A stretch of DNA of 64,000 nt from Octopus vulgaris (taxonomy: Eukaryota), in contig OX597826.1 in NCBI GenBank assembly GCA_951406725.2, positions 41,726,001 through 41,790,000 of the forward strand, in the 5' to 3' direction. Below the pieces are notes generated by a model. The model ran no database searches. It had not been told where the DNA came from and saw only the letters and a list, made by a program, of their open reading frames with translations. The translations under genes and the position numbers were made by a program. Below are positions 1-14,411 of this stretch, piece by piece (within the stretch, counting starts at the first letter, position 1; the number at the start of each line of letters is the position of its first letter).

Positions 1-112
1 ATGTGTACACACACACACACATGCACACATACATATATATTCATACATATACAGACACATATATGGATACATTCATGCATACATAGTCTATACACACATA
101 CACATATAGGTT

Positions 113-179
<67 letters not shown>

Positions 180-827
180 CGAAATCCTCGATTGAAGGAC
201 AATACGTATCATGATAAAAGAGCTACAATCGAATCTGAATATTGCATTCTATGACAGAAAACTCTGTGAAATATCAGTGCTGATGTACCCTCATGGGTTA
301 ATGACTTACGATGGATGAAAGAATTCATCTTAGTTTAATCTTTACCGGTGTGATTACCCGATTTACATACATGCAAACGAAAACAGATACATACGTATAT
401 GTGTGTGAGTTTGTGTGTGTATTTGTCCGTTCAATGCTTGGTTTATAATAAATCTTCGTAGCTTAAACAGGACAGGAAGCTAGAAGCTATTTGCAGTGTA
501 AGCCATAAAAGACGATTTTATACAGTTATTTTTACAGATCAACCTAGGTAATGGAAGGAACGATGCAAACATAGACCAGAGCGAATGTAGGTGCGTCGGT
601 TGACATTGTCTAGCTGTGTATTTCATTAGAGAGCGTCCTACAAAATGTTTTGAGTTATTTCTTCCAACTCTTCACTTTCTGATGTCATTTCTAGCCTGAG
701 TCAGCATAGTCCTTCATCCTTTTAGGATCGATAAAGTAAAGTACCATTCAAGTATTGGGGTTGATGGTATCGAATACTCACGCCTGTTCACAAAATTTCT
801 GGACTCGCGCCTAAATGAGAAAACATT

Positions 828-1526
828 AGCATACTTAAGAAAAACCACAAGTTAGAATCGTTAGATGAAAATATCATTATTATTGATTCAACTGCATATT
901 TGAAAGAATATTGCATAAAATAAGATCAGGTAGCACAATAGTGTGTAATCGAAATGATTCCGTTATTACTTTGCATGAAGCACATCATTACTCAGCAGCA
1001 CCAAAGTGCTTGAAATATTGAGAAGGTTAACTCTAAAAGATGGTGGTTCAGATGCAGATAAATTATGTGGAGAATAATATGTGTAATGCATAGCCATGGT
1101 GCACTGTGCCCTCATGAAAAGACAAACTCAATAAAGGGTCTATTTACTTACATTTAAAGTGTGTCCCATGATTAAGGGGTAGCCTGTATATAACAAAATT
1201 ACATATAATGAATCCACACTATGTTGTTTTTAGTTTTTGTTATGTTTGTGGATTTGATTTAAAATTCGCCTTTTCAAATTCTCAACGTTATTTATCCGCA
1301 TCTGAACCATCATCTTTTGCAAATAACCTTCTCAATATTTGAGGCATTTTTGCGCTGCAGATAAATATTGTGCTTCATACTAAATAGTAATGAAATCATT
1401 TTGATTATATACTGTTGTGCTACCTGATCTTGTGTTATGCATTATTCCTTCAAATATGCAGTCGAATCTATACTAATAATTCTTTCATCAAACGATCCTA
1501 ACTTAAGTAAGTATTCTTATAATACT
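828..1526. mobile_element. Old foldback/MITE-like element with ~245-bp imperfect terminal inverted repeats
   Basis: ~830-1075 is a diverged reverse complement of ~1278-1526. Examples: TCAGATGCAGATAAAT vs ATTTATCCGCATCTGA; AAGATCAGGTAGCACAA vs TTGTGCTACCTGATCTT; ACTGCATATTTGAA vs TTCAAATATGCAGT. No TSD recognised. Confidence 0.7.
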
Positions 1527-2486
1527 CAGTGAGAAAAGTAGATAACTAAATCATATTTTAAATCTTTATATATTTCTAAATATATTTATATATTTCTAAC
1601 TTGCTTCTTTTACATAAGAGCGTGATGTGTGTCTGTATACAGTAATCTCTGTTAGCATGAGTCTTGGTATGCCCTTGTCTGCAAATATAGATATTTGAAT
1701 GTATTCAACAAAGGGACAGATATATTCACCTAATGTATGCATGTACGTGTATATTTATTGATCTATTTACTTATCTAATATATATTTAACTATGCATGTA
1801 TTTGTGTATGTGTGTATGTGCGTGTGTATGTGTGTGTGCACAAACAGAAACACACAACAAATATACTCAACGAGTATCTTTCCCCCATATAATGACCGCA
1901 TTCGACTGGTTCAAAATAAGAAACATAAGCCGTTGCCTATTTTAACATATCCACCGCCATGCAGTCAATAAAGATTTAAATACATAAGTACAGTAAGAGG
2001 GTGATCTAACCGTTATAGACAGATAAGTCAATGTTTCTAATGATTTTGTTAAGTAAAAAAACAAAAAAAAAAACAAAAAAAAACATAAAAATGTTATTCG
2101 TGTAGCCAGACAAAGGAATTAACTCTATTAAACGGTATCGATATGCTTTATCGTTTAATCTGATACCAATGACATTTTTATATTATTTATTTATTTTCTT
2201 TTATTAGTTTTGTTTTCTTATTTTTGGTCAATTTATAATTTATTTTGTGTTCTGTTTTGTTTACTTTGCAATGGTGCAGGTCATTGCAGGATTATGTAAA
2301 GATTGAAAGCATAAAAAACAAAAAAAGATTCCAGATGACGGAATCATGAAAACAAAAACGAGGAAATAACAAGAGTAAGGATTGTTGCAAAATTATTCAC
2401 ATCGCAAAGGTCAAGTAATTTTTCTGTCTGTCTGTCTTTGCCCCTGTCTGTTTGTGTGTCTCTCTTTACATATATATAAAATTTTA

Positions 2487-3000
2487 TCTATATATATAAA
2501 ACTGTAGTTGTGTGAGTGTCTGTCCCCTTCAATTTAGATTCCTAACTACTCCCACATTTTGCGGTGCAGTTTAACCAAATTCGGGTATCTTATAGTCGTG
2601 ATTCATATCGAGCCCGTCTGAGTATTAGCGCGCGTCTACGATGAATCTACGATTTTAAAAATAATTTAACATCATTTTTTATTCCATTTTAATGCATAAT
2701 TTTTCGTGTGCCGATGGCGGCGGAGTTGGCGTCCATGGTCACACCTGCACCTGTGTTGCTTCTCCCCCTTCTTCCCTCCCCCGTGAAGCTGTGGGGAAGG
2801 GAGTGTAAGGAAATCAATGTCGTAATGCGTTGTCAAGGAGACCAGCGTTCTTTTAGAACAACGACTTCATGGCTTGAAGACACCAAAACAGAAATGGCTA
2901 AGAAAGCCCGAATTGGCATCTATAAAGGAAGTAACTCTCTAAAAATGCTTATATAGTTATTTCCCTTACAAACCCGAGCAACGCCGGGCGATACTGCTAG
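2487..3000 (+). mobile_element. Non-autonomous Helitron
   Basis: Starts A|TCTATATATATAAAA and ends with hairpin CCCGAGCAACGCCGGG followed by CGATACTGCTAG|T (5' TC, 3' CTAG, A/T target). A homologous copy lies at 21834-22228. Confidence 0.85.
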
Positions 3001-3019
3001 TAATTAATAAATAATTATA

Positions 3020-3916
3020 ATAGAGGGTACACTAAGTACCAGCTCGTCTACAGAATTCATATTTTTTCTGTCCAAATGATTTTGAGGACTGAAGAGTAAA
3101 TGATAATCAGTTTGGACAGTGTCTGACGATTATGGAGGGTGGAATATCGTTTTCCATTCAAAATGCTCCAGACTTTGGAATATCATCCTCGCTGTATGTG
3201 GTCGAGTATGTTTCTCCTTTCCCTGCCCACAGTCTTCGGTGCTTGACATTTTTATACAGAACCCATTTCTTGTCACCAGTCACTATTAGGTCCGAAAAAG
3301 TTTCCTTCGTGAGACGTGGCAGCAAAGAAGAGCACATATGCATTCTCTGCACGTGATTAGACTCGTAAAGTTTGTGAGGAACCCATTGACTTAATTTGCT
3401 GACTTTTCCGATGGCCCGTAGTTGTCGATGAATGGTTAAATGACCAAATCCAAGTTTCTCTGCTCGTTCCTCAACAGTTACGATGGGATTTTGTTCCACC
3501 AGGCTTTGCAGGACGTCCTTGTCGAGCTCTATAGATCTTCCAGGAAGAGGCTCACCTTCTGGGCTGTAGTTTCCGGGTCGGTATTTCTGGAACCACCGTT
3601 GACACTGGCTTACTCGTATTGTCCGATCCTCATATACCGCATTAATATTCCTCGCACTTTCCGTTGCGTTGTTGCCTTCATTGAACTCATAAAGCAAAAT
3701 GTGCCGAATATGCTCCTTTGTCCCTTCCATTATAGCTTTGGAAAAATAACTGTTAAAATCGAACTTTATTTTCAAAACTTGCACCAAGAATAAAGACAAG
3801 GTAAAATTACTACCTTCTTTTATAGCAAGTTGACGCAAGTAGTTTATCCCGTCCCCTTCGACTTCTGGTTCATGTAATTGAAAAAAAAAACGCATTATTT
3901 CTGGGATAACCTACTA
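3020..3916 (-). mobile_element. Mariner (family A), internally deleted and 3'-truncated
   Basis: TIR at ~3885-3916 (CGCATTATTTCTGGGATAACC) matches the copies at 4676-5461 and 31565-32280. Carries transposase remnants. Confidence 0.85.
3060..3730 (-). pseudogene. Mariner transposase pseudogene
   Basis: Likely true start MEGTKEHIRHILLYEF (HTH region), then WVPHKL and IVTGDKKWVLYKN. After a deletion comes a broken HPP*SSDTVQTDYHL (the YSPDLAPSD motif). The middle of the catalytic domain is missing. Confidence 0.85.
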
Positions 3917-3937
3917 TATATACATCTATGCACCCAT

Positions 3938-4039
<102 letters not shown>

Positions 4040-4076
4040 GTCTGTCTGTCTGTCTGTCTGTCTGTGTGTCTGTCTG

Positions 4077-4107
<31 letters not shown>

Positions 4108-4675
4108 ATCTATCTGTGTCTGTGTGTCTGTGTGTCTGTCTGTCTTTCTATCTGCCTGTCTACCTGTCTATTTATCCTTCTCTTATGCGTATATGTATAT
4201 ACAAACACAGACACACACTCACACTCGCGCGCACACACAAACACACACGTTTCACAGGAATTAGTTGAGGATTATACTAAGATAATGATTTGTTAACACT
4301 TCCAAACATTAACGCGCAAGAATTTACAGTTTCAGAAGAAAAATCTTGCTTCGTTCATTTCAGAACTTGGGTTCACAAATAACCGTGAAAACTAAAGTAA
4401 CCCATTTAAATTTCCTGTAGGTACTTCAGGCCATCATCTCGGTAGAATCCCCCACTTGTGTACTGATTACTAAAATCCCCTTCCATTTATTAGAAAATCT
4501 TAATTCATATCAATTTTATTATTATTGTTTTCCATAATATTTTCAAATTCTGACTTTGCGTTCCTATAGTAACGGTACGCCAAGAATCTACTATTTAACA
4601 AAAGCCCTCTTTCACCGAGCTTAAATGCTGCCATATTTTGAAGGATGGTTTGCATTTTGCATTAATATAGATATG

Positions 4676-5461
4676 TATTGGGTCATCCCATAAATAATGC
4701 GTTTTTTCAATTGCTGAGGGGGCTGGGATAAGCTACGTGCCATCGGAAAAGTCAGCAAGTTGAGTCAATGATTTCCTCACAAACTTTCCGAGTCTAATAG
4801 CGCGCAGAGAGTGAATGAATGCTCTTCTTTGCTGCCACGTCTAACGAATGAACCATTTTTGGACCGAATTGTGACTGGTGACGAGAAATGGGGTCTGTAT
4901 AAAAATGTCAAGCGCCGAACACAGTGGGTAGGCTAAACAATATTTTCACCCACGTAAGATGTTGTTATCTATTTTGTGGGATATGAAAGATTTAGTTCAC
5001 TTTGAACTTATAAACCCAAGCCGAACGATAACAAAGGCGATCTACTGCGAGAAGCTTGAAACCATCTTTGGTTTCAAGATGAAATATGTTCTTCCATCAG
5101 GATAATGCTCGGCCACAAATAGCGAAGATGTCATTCCAAAGGCTGGAACAGTTTGAATGGGAAGCGATGTCCAACTCACGATATTCGCCGGACATTGCCC
5201 CATCTGATTATCATTTATTCCTCATTTGGACGGAAAAGATATGAATTCTGTAGGTGAGGTCAGAACAATACTGGAGGACTATTTTTGTCACGGACAAGTG
5301 AATATCAGAAGAGAGACCTTGCAAGTCTCCCAGATAGATAGAAGAGCATTGTAGAAAATGAAGGAGAGTATATTTTAGATTATAAAAGAACTTTGTTTAT
5401 TTTAATTTTGAAGAATTAAAGAAGTTTTAAAATACCGCATTATTTATGGGAGGAACTAATA
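4676..5461 (+). mobile_element. Mariner (family A), internally deleted, both TIRs
   Basis: TA|TTGGGTCATCCCATAAATAATGCG ... CGCATTATTTATGGGAGGAACTAA|TA. Encodes IVTGDEKW, FHQDNARP and YSPDIAPSDYHLF with stops and frameshifts. Confidence 0.9.
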
Positions 5462-5574
5462 AGTAATTTATTCATTATTGAATATGATAATATAAATTAT
5501 TTACACGTTTTTAAGTTACGAAACAATTTGTCATAAAATTAGAATATTTTATTGTTAAATAGAATTTTATCAAA

Positions 5575-5611
<37 letters not shown>

Positions 5612-5618
5612 GTGTGTG

Positions 5619-5672
<54 letters not shown>

Positions 5673-5703
5673 TATGTATAAAATTTATGTGTATGCATGT
5701 ATG

Positions 5704-6552
5704 TACGAGGTGCATTCCAAGAATTTTAGACCTTTTAGGAGTTGCAGTTATAGCTGTCCTGGATCATTGTAGTTCAAATAGCCAGCCTTCTTACATTCTC
5801 TGCCACACCGAAACTCCTTGAGAACTACTTTAAGGGTACGCGTGCCTGTGGAGTGCACAGCCACTTGCATGTTGATTTCACGAGTTAATTTCGGATAAAC
5901 TGCAAACGCCGTCGTTGAAACCGACGGACTACCAGATATACAGATATAGCTTATCATTGTTATACATCTAATAAGAAACTTAAGAAATGCTTCGGACTGT
6001 TTATGGATTAACTAGTATGTATCAAGCGTCTGTTTTTCGCTGCCGTAAGAGGTCACCGAGAAGGTCATGATGATTCTCTTTTCCTACAGCAAGGGCATCA
6101 TCCATAACCACTGAGTTCGCTTTGGTCAAACAATCAAGAAAGAGTACATTGTAAAGGTTTTGGCGGAACCCAGGAGAAAATTTCATCGTAAAAGACTTGA
6201 ATACTTGTAGCAGGACAGTGCATTATTCCATTATTCTACCCTGATAACTAATTAGTAGACAACTGGGCATCAGAACTCATTCACCCTTCCTACAGTTCAG
6301 ATTTTGCTCCCCATGACTTTTAGTTGTTTCCTAAGCCGAAGGAGAAGTTGAAGGAGACGGTAACAAAGTCCTGGACATCTTGACTTTGGAGTACTCCCAT
6401 GGGGCCTCCACGAAGTAACAGGGGCGCTGCAACAAGTGCATAAAAATAAGAAGATCCTCCTTTGAAGAAGATTAGATTTTTGTACATCTTTGAAATTAAT
6501 AAATGTCTCTCCTGAAAAAAAAAGCCTCAACACTTCTAGAGTGCACCTTGTA
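5704..6552 (+). mobile_element. Old mariner (family C) with nested SINE fragment
   Basis: Degenerate TIRs TACGAGGTGCATTCCAAGAA / TTCTAGAGTGCACCTTGTA. Remnants GQTIKKEY and HPSYSSDFAPHDF*LFPK. A SINE piece lies at ~5812-5932. Confidence 0.65.
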
Positions 6553-7275
6553 TGTATACGTGTGTTTGTTTGAATATATTCGATGAATGAGAAACATGTT
6601 TATTCTCAATTTATTCGCTCTTTCTATCAATGCATGTGCATCTGTATTTCTCCGCATATTTATGTCGATGTAAACATGTATGGATGTGTATATTTATATG
6701 TGAATATCATTGTCTAAGCTACTAGATACGGAAGTGAGTGCACATATGCGCACGCATGTGTATCTGTGTGCATAATCGTATATGTATGTGCTTCTCTATG
6801 TTCAGGCATGCGGATTTGTAATAGCCAAATAACGAAATACAGAAGCGACAGGCAGGCAGCATAAATAGTAGTAATAGTTACAGGATATATAAAACTAGGT
6901 TATATAGACTACTTTCTTGACGTTTATATCCCTATTAAAGAATAATTCCTTTTGATGTTCGCCGGCGAAAAGGAGTTGCAAATAATTTTTGTAATTAATA
7001 AATATATTTGCTTAAAAGTTATCCAATTCTTTTGATCGGATCACGCAAACGAGATCAGAAAACAAAGTCTGGGTCAACTTTAATGAATTGGTCTTTGCTG
7101 CTACACAACCTTAAACTGAATTTACACTTCCTTCACAGATTAAATTTCCGCCATTGAAACTAGATCCTTTGTGCTCAAAATATTCCACAAAAGTTGATAA
7201 AAACCAGGCTTTAGTTAATCAATAGACTGACTTAAGGCAAATGCACATACATACATACATACATACATACATACA

Positions 7276-7321
<46 letters not shown>

Positions 7322-7466
7322 CATAAAATACATGGTATGTTATATATGTGTAAGTGTGAGTGTGCGTGTATATTTGTATGTTAATTGTGTTACACACTAA
7401 TGCTTTCAGATACGTACACCCAGATACATGAGCGCACACAAACAATATAAACATTGATATGTTACG

Positions 7467-7594
<128 letters not shown>

Positions 7595-7680
7595 ATGTAT
7601 ATATATGTGTGTGTGTATGTGTATGCGTGTGTATGTCTGTGCGATTGCATGTGCTTATGTTTGTGTATATACATACATAC

Positions 7681-7745
<65 letters not shown>

Positions 7746-8469
7746 TGAAGAGAACTTAACTGAGTGAGAGTGAGAGAGTGAAAGATAAAAGAGACTACTT
7801 AGGAAATAGAAAAATATTAAATCGTTAGCTACTAATACAGGTGGAATTTTAAGGTTTATGAACAACAAACCGGCTTATCTAGAATTAAAGACACTCATTC
7901 AACATCTAACCTTTCACTGCTCCTACAGTATGTGTGTGTGTGTGTATGCATGTATGAATGCATGTATCGACTTGGGTGAATCCAGTTGGTAGTTCTTTAA
8001 TTCAGACATTGTTTAAATCACGGATTGAGCTGTGTGTCTTGTAGTTCCTCAGAATGTGTAAATGGCTGTGGAGCAGGTTCAATAGTGAAAGCAGGGGTAG
8101 GGGGGATTGTTAGTGTTTATTTATCCCACGTACTCGTACCCAAACCATAGCCGAGGAAGAAAGGGAGTAAACACAAACACACACATAGCTCCCCACCCCC
8201 ACGTGATTGGTCGGACAGAGGCAATAGTAGAAGACACATGCCCAAGGTGTGGCACAGTACGAGGGGACCCGAAACCACTTAGTTGCAAGGCAAGCTTCCT
8301 AACCACACAGCAATGCCTGCAACTGTATGTATGTATGCATGTATGTATGTATGTATGTATGTATGTATGTATGTATGTATGTATGTATGTATGTATGTAT
8401 GTATGTATGTATGTATGTATGTATGTATGTATGTATGTATGTATGTATGTATGTATGTATGTATGTATG

Positions 8470-9447
8470 TGTTGTGTCTCGTTGACACTGTTATGTCCTT
8501 CTTTGAACTCCCTGTATATGCCACTTTATAACATGGACTTATAACAAAGTTATAACAATACAAATATCAATCAGAAACAACACCTAACAAACAATATCTC
8601 TTCTCAAAGACTTCTACGACTGTCTTCACAAAGCGCCTTTACGCACCATAATGTCCCCCACTGACAATACACATGCGTCTTTATACGGTTTAGGTCAGTT
8701 GACTTGCTATCCCACAGAGGTGTCAAGATTACACCACATCTCCCTTTTTTGAGTTTGGCTTTCATTGGAAGTCAATAATTGTCTTTTATTTATTTTCTTT
8801 GTTACCATCTCCCCCTTTTTTGCAATTCCCCTGGAAGAAATTGGAAAATTCTTTTCGCTTTGGGTCTACTTGCAAAAGTTCTGTTTGTTTTCTTTTCCTA
8901 GTCGCTGTACTCACTGATTCGATCATTTCTTGAGGTATCGGGACGTCAAAAATGTCATAAAGAAATTCCATTGGCTCTTCATGCCTAAATCACTTTTTCG
9001 TACACCTTTTTTCCAATTGGTTTACGTGTCTCTTGTGTTCCCATATATGGCCTTTTACCATGTACATTATTTTTCCTAAACGTTTACGTATTATACCTTC
9101 TTCCCAATTTTCCTTTCCGTTTCTGTATATTAAAAAAGAAAACCCTTGTCACCGATTTTGAAGTATTTCATTTCATCTTCATCGCCGCTGTTGTGTCTCG
9201 TCGACACTGTTATGTCCTTCGTTGAACTCACTGTATGTGCCACTTTATAACGTGGACTTATAACAAGGTTATAACAATACTAATAACAATCAGAAACAAC
9301 ACGTAACAAACAATATCTCTTCTACAACTGTCTTTACAAAGCGCCTGTACACACCACGCAGTTCCCCCACTGGCAATGCGCATGCGCATTTATACGGTTT
9401 AGGACAGTTGACATGCTATCCAACAGGGGCGTCAGGATTTCACTACA
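8470..9447 (-). mobile_element. Two-LTR, internally deleted Gypsy-type retroelement (TRIM-like)
   Basis: Direct repeats 8470-8738 and 9189-9447 with TG...CA ends. On the minus strand, a PBS-like GCGGCGATGAAGAT follows the 5' LTR and a PPT AAAAAAGGGGAGA precedes the 3' LTR. The ~450-bp interior encodes an integrase C-terminal-like peptide (WEEGIIRKRLGKIMYMVKGHIWEHKRHVNQL). Confidence 0.85.
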
Positions 9448-9922
9448 ACACTACGTTTGTATGTATGTATGTATGTATGTATGTATGTATGTATGTATGT
9501 ATGTATGTATGTATGTATGTATGTATGTATGTATGTACGTAAGCTGACAATATTCGATGATGTAGACTAGTTCTTTTCGAGTTTATGTTCTCCATGTTCA
9601 GATAGTGGGACTAGATTTGTACAAATCTTTACTGCTATTTCGGCCGCTGGTCATTTGCCCAACTACAGCCAACGAATCTAGTCAATACACAAGACAGCTA
9701 TTATGCCCCCCCCCCCAAAAAAAAAAAATAACCACCACGTGGACTCTGATGAGACTAGTAAGGAACAATTATGAACATTTTTATTACACTTAACTTTTAA
9801 AAATATTTTTGATAAGATTCGTTTTTTCAAGAAGAACCGAAACGTGTAAATTTTTTTAGAAAATTAAAATTTATCTTATATAGTGGCGTTTTCAAACTTC
9901 TTTATATATATATATATATATG

Positions 9923-10703
9923 GTAGCATTATGACCCGTCTTTGCCGAGTTATAGCGCTAGTGCATGTATATATGTGTATATATATGTGTACATATTACA
10001 TGTACATATATATATATATATACACCTACACATAAAATACAAAATACAAAGTTATATCTTGATATCGCTAGTGATAACAGTACTGAAAATATATAACAGA
10101 CTGGAATTGTAGGACTATTCCATTTCTGCACGCTAATTTTATTTTTTATTCCCATTCAAGTGAAACCACTTATTCAAGTTCAAATCCTTGATGCAATTTT
10201 ATACCAATTGCTATTTTTACTTTTGTTATGTTACGATTATATTATACTTTAGTTTGATTTTAATTATTACTTACTACATATAATTCAATTGTTATTATTA
10301 TTTTTATTGTTAAAGTGAAAGTATCTGACATGAAATAGAGAAATGTTTTTGTTTCACTTTTAACACGTAATACTGAAATAGTGGAGAAGATATGATATTG
10401 CTATGGGTTGGCCCTAGGCAAGAAGTTGAACATTTTTTTCGCCCATGAAACTACATGGACCCTAAGTAAGGGATGTGTAAAATTTGAATGAAATTGGTTG
10501 TGTAGTTCTCGAGTTTTAGGGAATCGTAGTGGAGAAGATATGATATTGCTGTGGGCTCGCCCTAGGCAAAAAGTTAAAAACATTTTTGCCGATGACACTC
10601 CCCGGACCCTAAGTAAAAGATGTGTAAAATTTGAATGAAATTGATTGTGTAGTTCTCAAGTTTTAGGGAAACACACAGACATACAGACAGACACACACAG
10701 ACA

Positions 10704-10742
<39 letters not shown>

Positions 10743-10765
10743 TCTCAGTTTTATATATGTAGAGA
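9923..10765 (-). mobile_element. Probable old non-autonomous Helitron with internal 148-bp tandem duplication
   Basis: Minus strand starts TCTCTACATATATAAAACTG. It has a degenerate 3' hairpin/terminus ACTCGGCAAAGACGGGTCATAATGCTAC. ~10378-10525 is repeated at ~10526-10670. Confidence 0.55.
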
Positions 10766-10959
10766 TAACTAGATAAAAAGATAGCTAACCAGATTGATAA
10801 ACAGATATAGGCAATTAAATCCCGTATTATTATAAAATTTCCATTAAAAAATTATTTTGGTACGATGAACTTTCAAAATTGTCATGTATAATCATAAACG
10901 TAGGGTATCTGGAAAAACTACAGGATTAAAAGCAAGACCAATTGAAGAACGGATGAATT

Positions 10960-11059
10960 CGACCATCTACTTCCGCAAACGACCATCCAATTCCACAAAC
11001 GACTATCCACTTCCGCAAACGACTATCCACTTCCGCAAACGACCATCAACTTCCGGAAG
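10960..11059 (+). repeat. 20-bp minisatellite, 5 copies
   Basis: CGAC(C/T)ATCCACTTCCGCAAA units in tandem. Confidence 0.9.
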
Positions 11060-11893
11060 AAATTGACAAACCGTCCCAATATCTCTACCAAGAAAACACT
11101 ATGATATCGTTAGAACAAGGTAACGCTCTGGCTTTATTCGATGGCAGAGCTCGTACTTAATCGGAAAAAAAATCTTTCGTTTGTAGTGTCACAACACAAA
11201 GCAAGCGATACATGACTACGACGATCATAAAACATTCACACACATACATACACACTCACATATTCAAATAAAATATTTATGCAATTCTATCAGAAGTAAT
11301 CCCGAGGCTTTGTCTCAAAAGGTAAACCTGTCTATCATTAGTCAGAACTAATATGGCCTCAGACCATACAGCTTGCTGTTTATCTCAATGAAATGTTTAT
11401 GTGTCTACATACCAAAGCTCAGATGAACACAACTCAATAATTATAGACAGGTTATTGCCATCCATCAGTTCATTTGATTTCAATGTCTGCTGCTAAGAGG
11501 ATTACAGAATATAGCGAATGATCCTTTTACATCATTGGGGTCAAGGCTGATTTGTCTTATGATCTCTTTTCTGGCTTCAATTATGACATGTATGTGCTTG
11601 TGTATTTTTGTGTGCTTGTATGTATGTGTTTGTGATTGCGTGTGTGCTTCTGTAGGCACACACGCAAACTTAATATATTCCATTTCATTATTCATATTTC
11701 AGTTTGTAAGTTGTCGAAAATTCTATATTTGCGTAGATGTATAAAATAAAATTAACGTAGAGAAAAATTAAATCTACTCTCTAACGATATGCCAAATGAA
11801 CGCCACACATATACAAAAACACGCATACATACATACGTACGTGCATACTTACATACATACATACCATCTTTAAACATATCTATCTACCTATGT

Positions 11894-11966
<73 letters not shown>

Positions 11967-12579
11967 ATCTGTCTGTCTGTCTATGTATGTATGTATCTAT
12001 TTTTCTATCTATGTGTGTGTGTGCTCATGCGCGCGCGTGTGTCAGCAAATATATTTTGATTTTGGTAAATCGGATTATTTCTTTCTACATTACATTAGTC
12101 TCGTTGGCATTAAGTTAGTCTCAAATAATTGTTGTTTAGGCTATTGAAAGGTGACTGGTGCCTGTCACTTGGCCATATGGTTATTGGCCCCGTTGGTTAG
12201 GTGATTGTCGGTGATTCGCTGTGTTGTCATAATGCCTGTTCGATTTCACTTTGCCTCAGAGAAATTCACGTGGGTATTCCCTTGTCGATAGATATCAACA
12301 CACAATGTCGTTTTGTGGTTAATTATGTAGTTGTCAGTGTTACTCATGGTGCTCGTTCTTTTCGAAAGACCCTCCTTTAAGGTTAATAACATAGTTGATA
12401 TATGGCGGCAAGTTGAGATTATCTCGGATCTTTAATTTAAGACTGAGACGAGTAACAGATGCTATTTAGTATACTGGGCAATATTTGAGGGATTTTCAGA
12501 TCTTGCACATCATGCATTAAGATTTCTGTGAAAAGTGCCCCACTTTGTTTTTGAATCAAGTTTATCAAAAAGTATATGC

Positions 12580-12610
<31 letters not shown>

Positions 12611-13228
12611 TGTATGTATGTATGTATGTATGTATGTATGTATGTGTGTATGTATGTATATATGTATGTATGTATGTAAGTATGCAGGGCCGGCCTTAAG
12701 CCGATTGGTCCGATTGCTCCCGATCGGGCCCGCGCTGAAGGGGCCCCGCGCTGTGTATAGTGAGAGAGAAAATGATGGGGGAGGTGATAGAAAATTTCTT
12801 GTCTCTTGTTCAATGGCATTCAACTCGGTTTTGGACAATCACAAACACAGCCACACACAGAGTCACAAACACATACAGCCACACACACACACACACACAC
12901 TGACAGTCAGACAGACAGACACACACACACGCACACGGGGTTATGGTAGGAGACATTTGGTGTCACACATTAGTGCTAAATCCAGAAACTTATAGCCAAG
13001 AAACAAAGCTCTTGCCATACAGACAGAATTATGTTTTACAACAGAGCTTATAGAAAAAAATAATCAGTAAATATCTAACCAGCTTCCGGAAAATTCTAAT
13101 TAATAGTCATCATTAATTTGCATTTTATGTATATCTCTTTTAGCGTAACAACATGCAACAAATAAAAGTTTCTTTGGGATCTTGTTAAATTTCTTTCCGA
13201 TTTTTACCAGAATAATTTTAATACGCAT

Positions 13229-13400
13229 AGGCGCCGGAGTGGCTGTGTGGTAAGTAACTTGCTAACCAACCACATGGTTCCGGGTTCAGTCCCACTGCGT
13301 GGCATCTTGGGCAAGTGTCTTCTGCTATAGCCCCGGGCCTACCAATGCCTTGTGAGTGGATTTGGTAGACGGAAACTGAAAGAAGCCTGTCGTATATATG

Positions 13401-13431
<31 letters not shown>

Positions 13432-13645
13432 ATGTGTTTCTGTGTTTGTCCCCCTAGCATTGCTTGACAACCGATGCTGGCGTGGTTACGTCACCGTCAC
13501 TTAGCGGTTCGGCAAAAAGAGACCGATAGAATAAATACTGGGCTTACAAAATGAATAAGTCCCGGGGTAGAGTTGCTCGATTAAAGGCGGTGCTCCAGCA
13601 TGGTCGCAGTCAAATGACTGAAACAAGTGAGAGAGTAAAGAGTAG
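13229..13645 (+). mobile_element. Full-length tRNA-derived SINE with CORE-like domain
   Basis: A box TGGCTGTGTGG, B box GGTTCAGTCCC, CORE-like TGGCATCTTGGGCAAGTGTCTT, an internal microsatellite and the tail GACTGAAACAAGT. Homologous to 60278-60682. Confidence 0.85.
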
Positions 13646-13733
13646 TTTGGATGTAGTTTAAATTTATAGTTTAACAACACCCAACTCGATTTCGGTGAAA
13701 AATAACGTTTTTTTATTTGTTTTTCTTTTTCTA

Positions 13734-14040
13734 GTGCTATCAACTAATCTCTTCTCCTAATATACTGCAAATGACTTTGTTGCACCGAAAGCGGAGGGCG
13801 GGGGTCTCGGAATCCCCCTTCACCTCGGAGCTATTTTTTTCATTTCATTTTTTTTATTTCGTGTGCTTTCAACTAATCTCGGCTCCTAATATACTGCAAA
13901 TGACTTTTTTGCACCGAAAGCGGAGGGCGGGGGTCTCGGAATCCCCCTTCACCTCGGAGTTATTTTTTTCATTTCATTTTTTTTTTTTCGTGTGCTTTCA
14001 ACTAATCTCGGCTCCTAGTATACTGCAAATGACTTTTTTC
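13734..14040 (+). repeat. 129-bp tandem repeat, ~2.4 copies
   Basis: Units start at ~13734, 13863 and 13992 (GTGCT.TCAACTAATCTC...CTGCAAATGACTTT). Confidence 0.85.
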
Positions 14041-14274
14041 TTTCCCCTTTGCGGCGTATTAGAAGATCAGAATAGTGGCTGTTCTTTTAATGCCTAATTA
14101 CTGCTATTTCTAGCATATTAAACAACCTAGACGAGGACCGGCTACTTTTGAGTTTATTTAAAAGAAAGAGAAAAATGCTTTATACAACAGATTGCGATAT
14201 AATCGTAATCTGCATCATCTGAGACGTATATGTAGAAAATTTTATTAACAAATTATCCATGTTTCAGAAAGTTA

Positions 14275-14364
<90 letters not shown>

Positions 14365-14411
14365 TTGATTATATACAAAGATTCGTATGTGTGTATATAT
14401 ATATATGCATG

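Noticed and set aside
3158-3895. 245-aa ORF as a functional transposase
   Set aside because: The annotated start lies in the TIR/UTR, and the second and third catalytic motifs are deleted or broken.
9746-9850. Hammerhead at CTGATGAG...CGAAACGTGTA
   Set aside because: Stem I could not be formed convincingly; kept only as a possible decayed trace.
10960-11059. Possible CRISPR-like array (also considered for 42132-42428)
   Set aside because: Contiguous tandem units without unique spacers, no cas genes, and a eukaryotic context.
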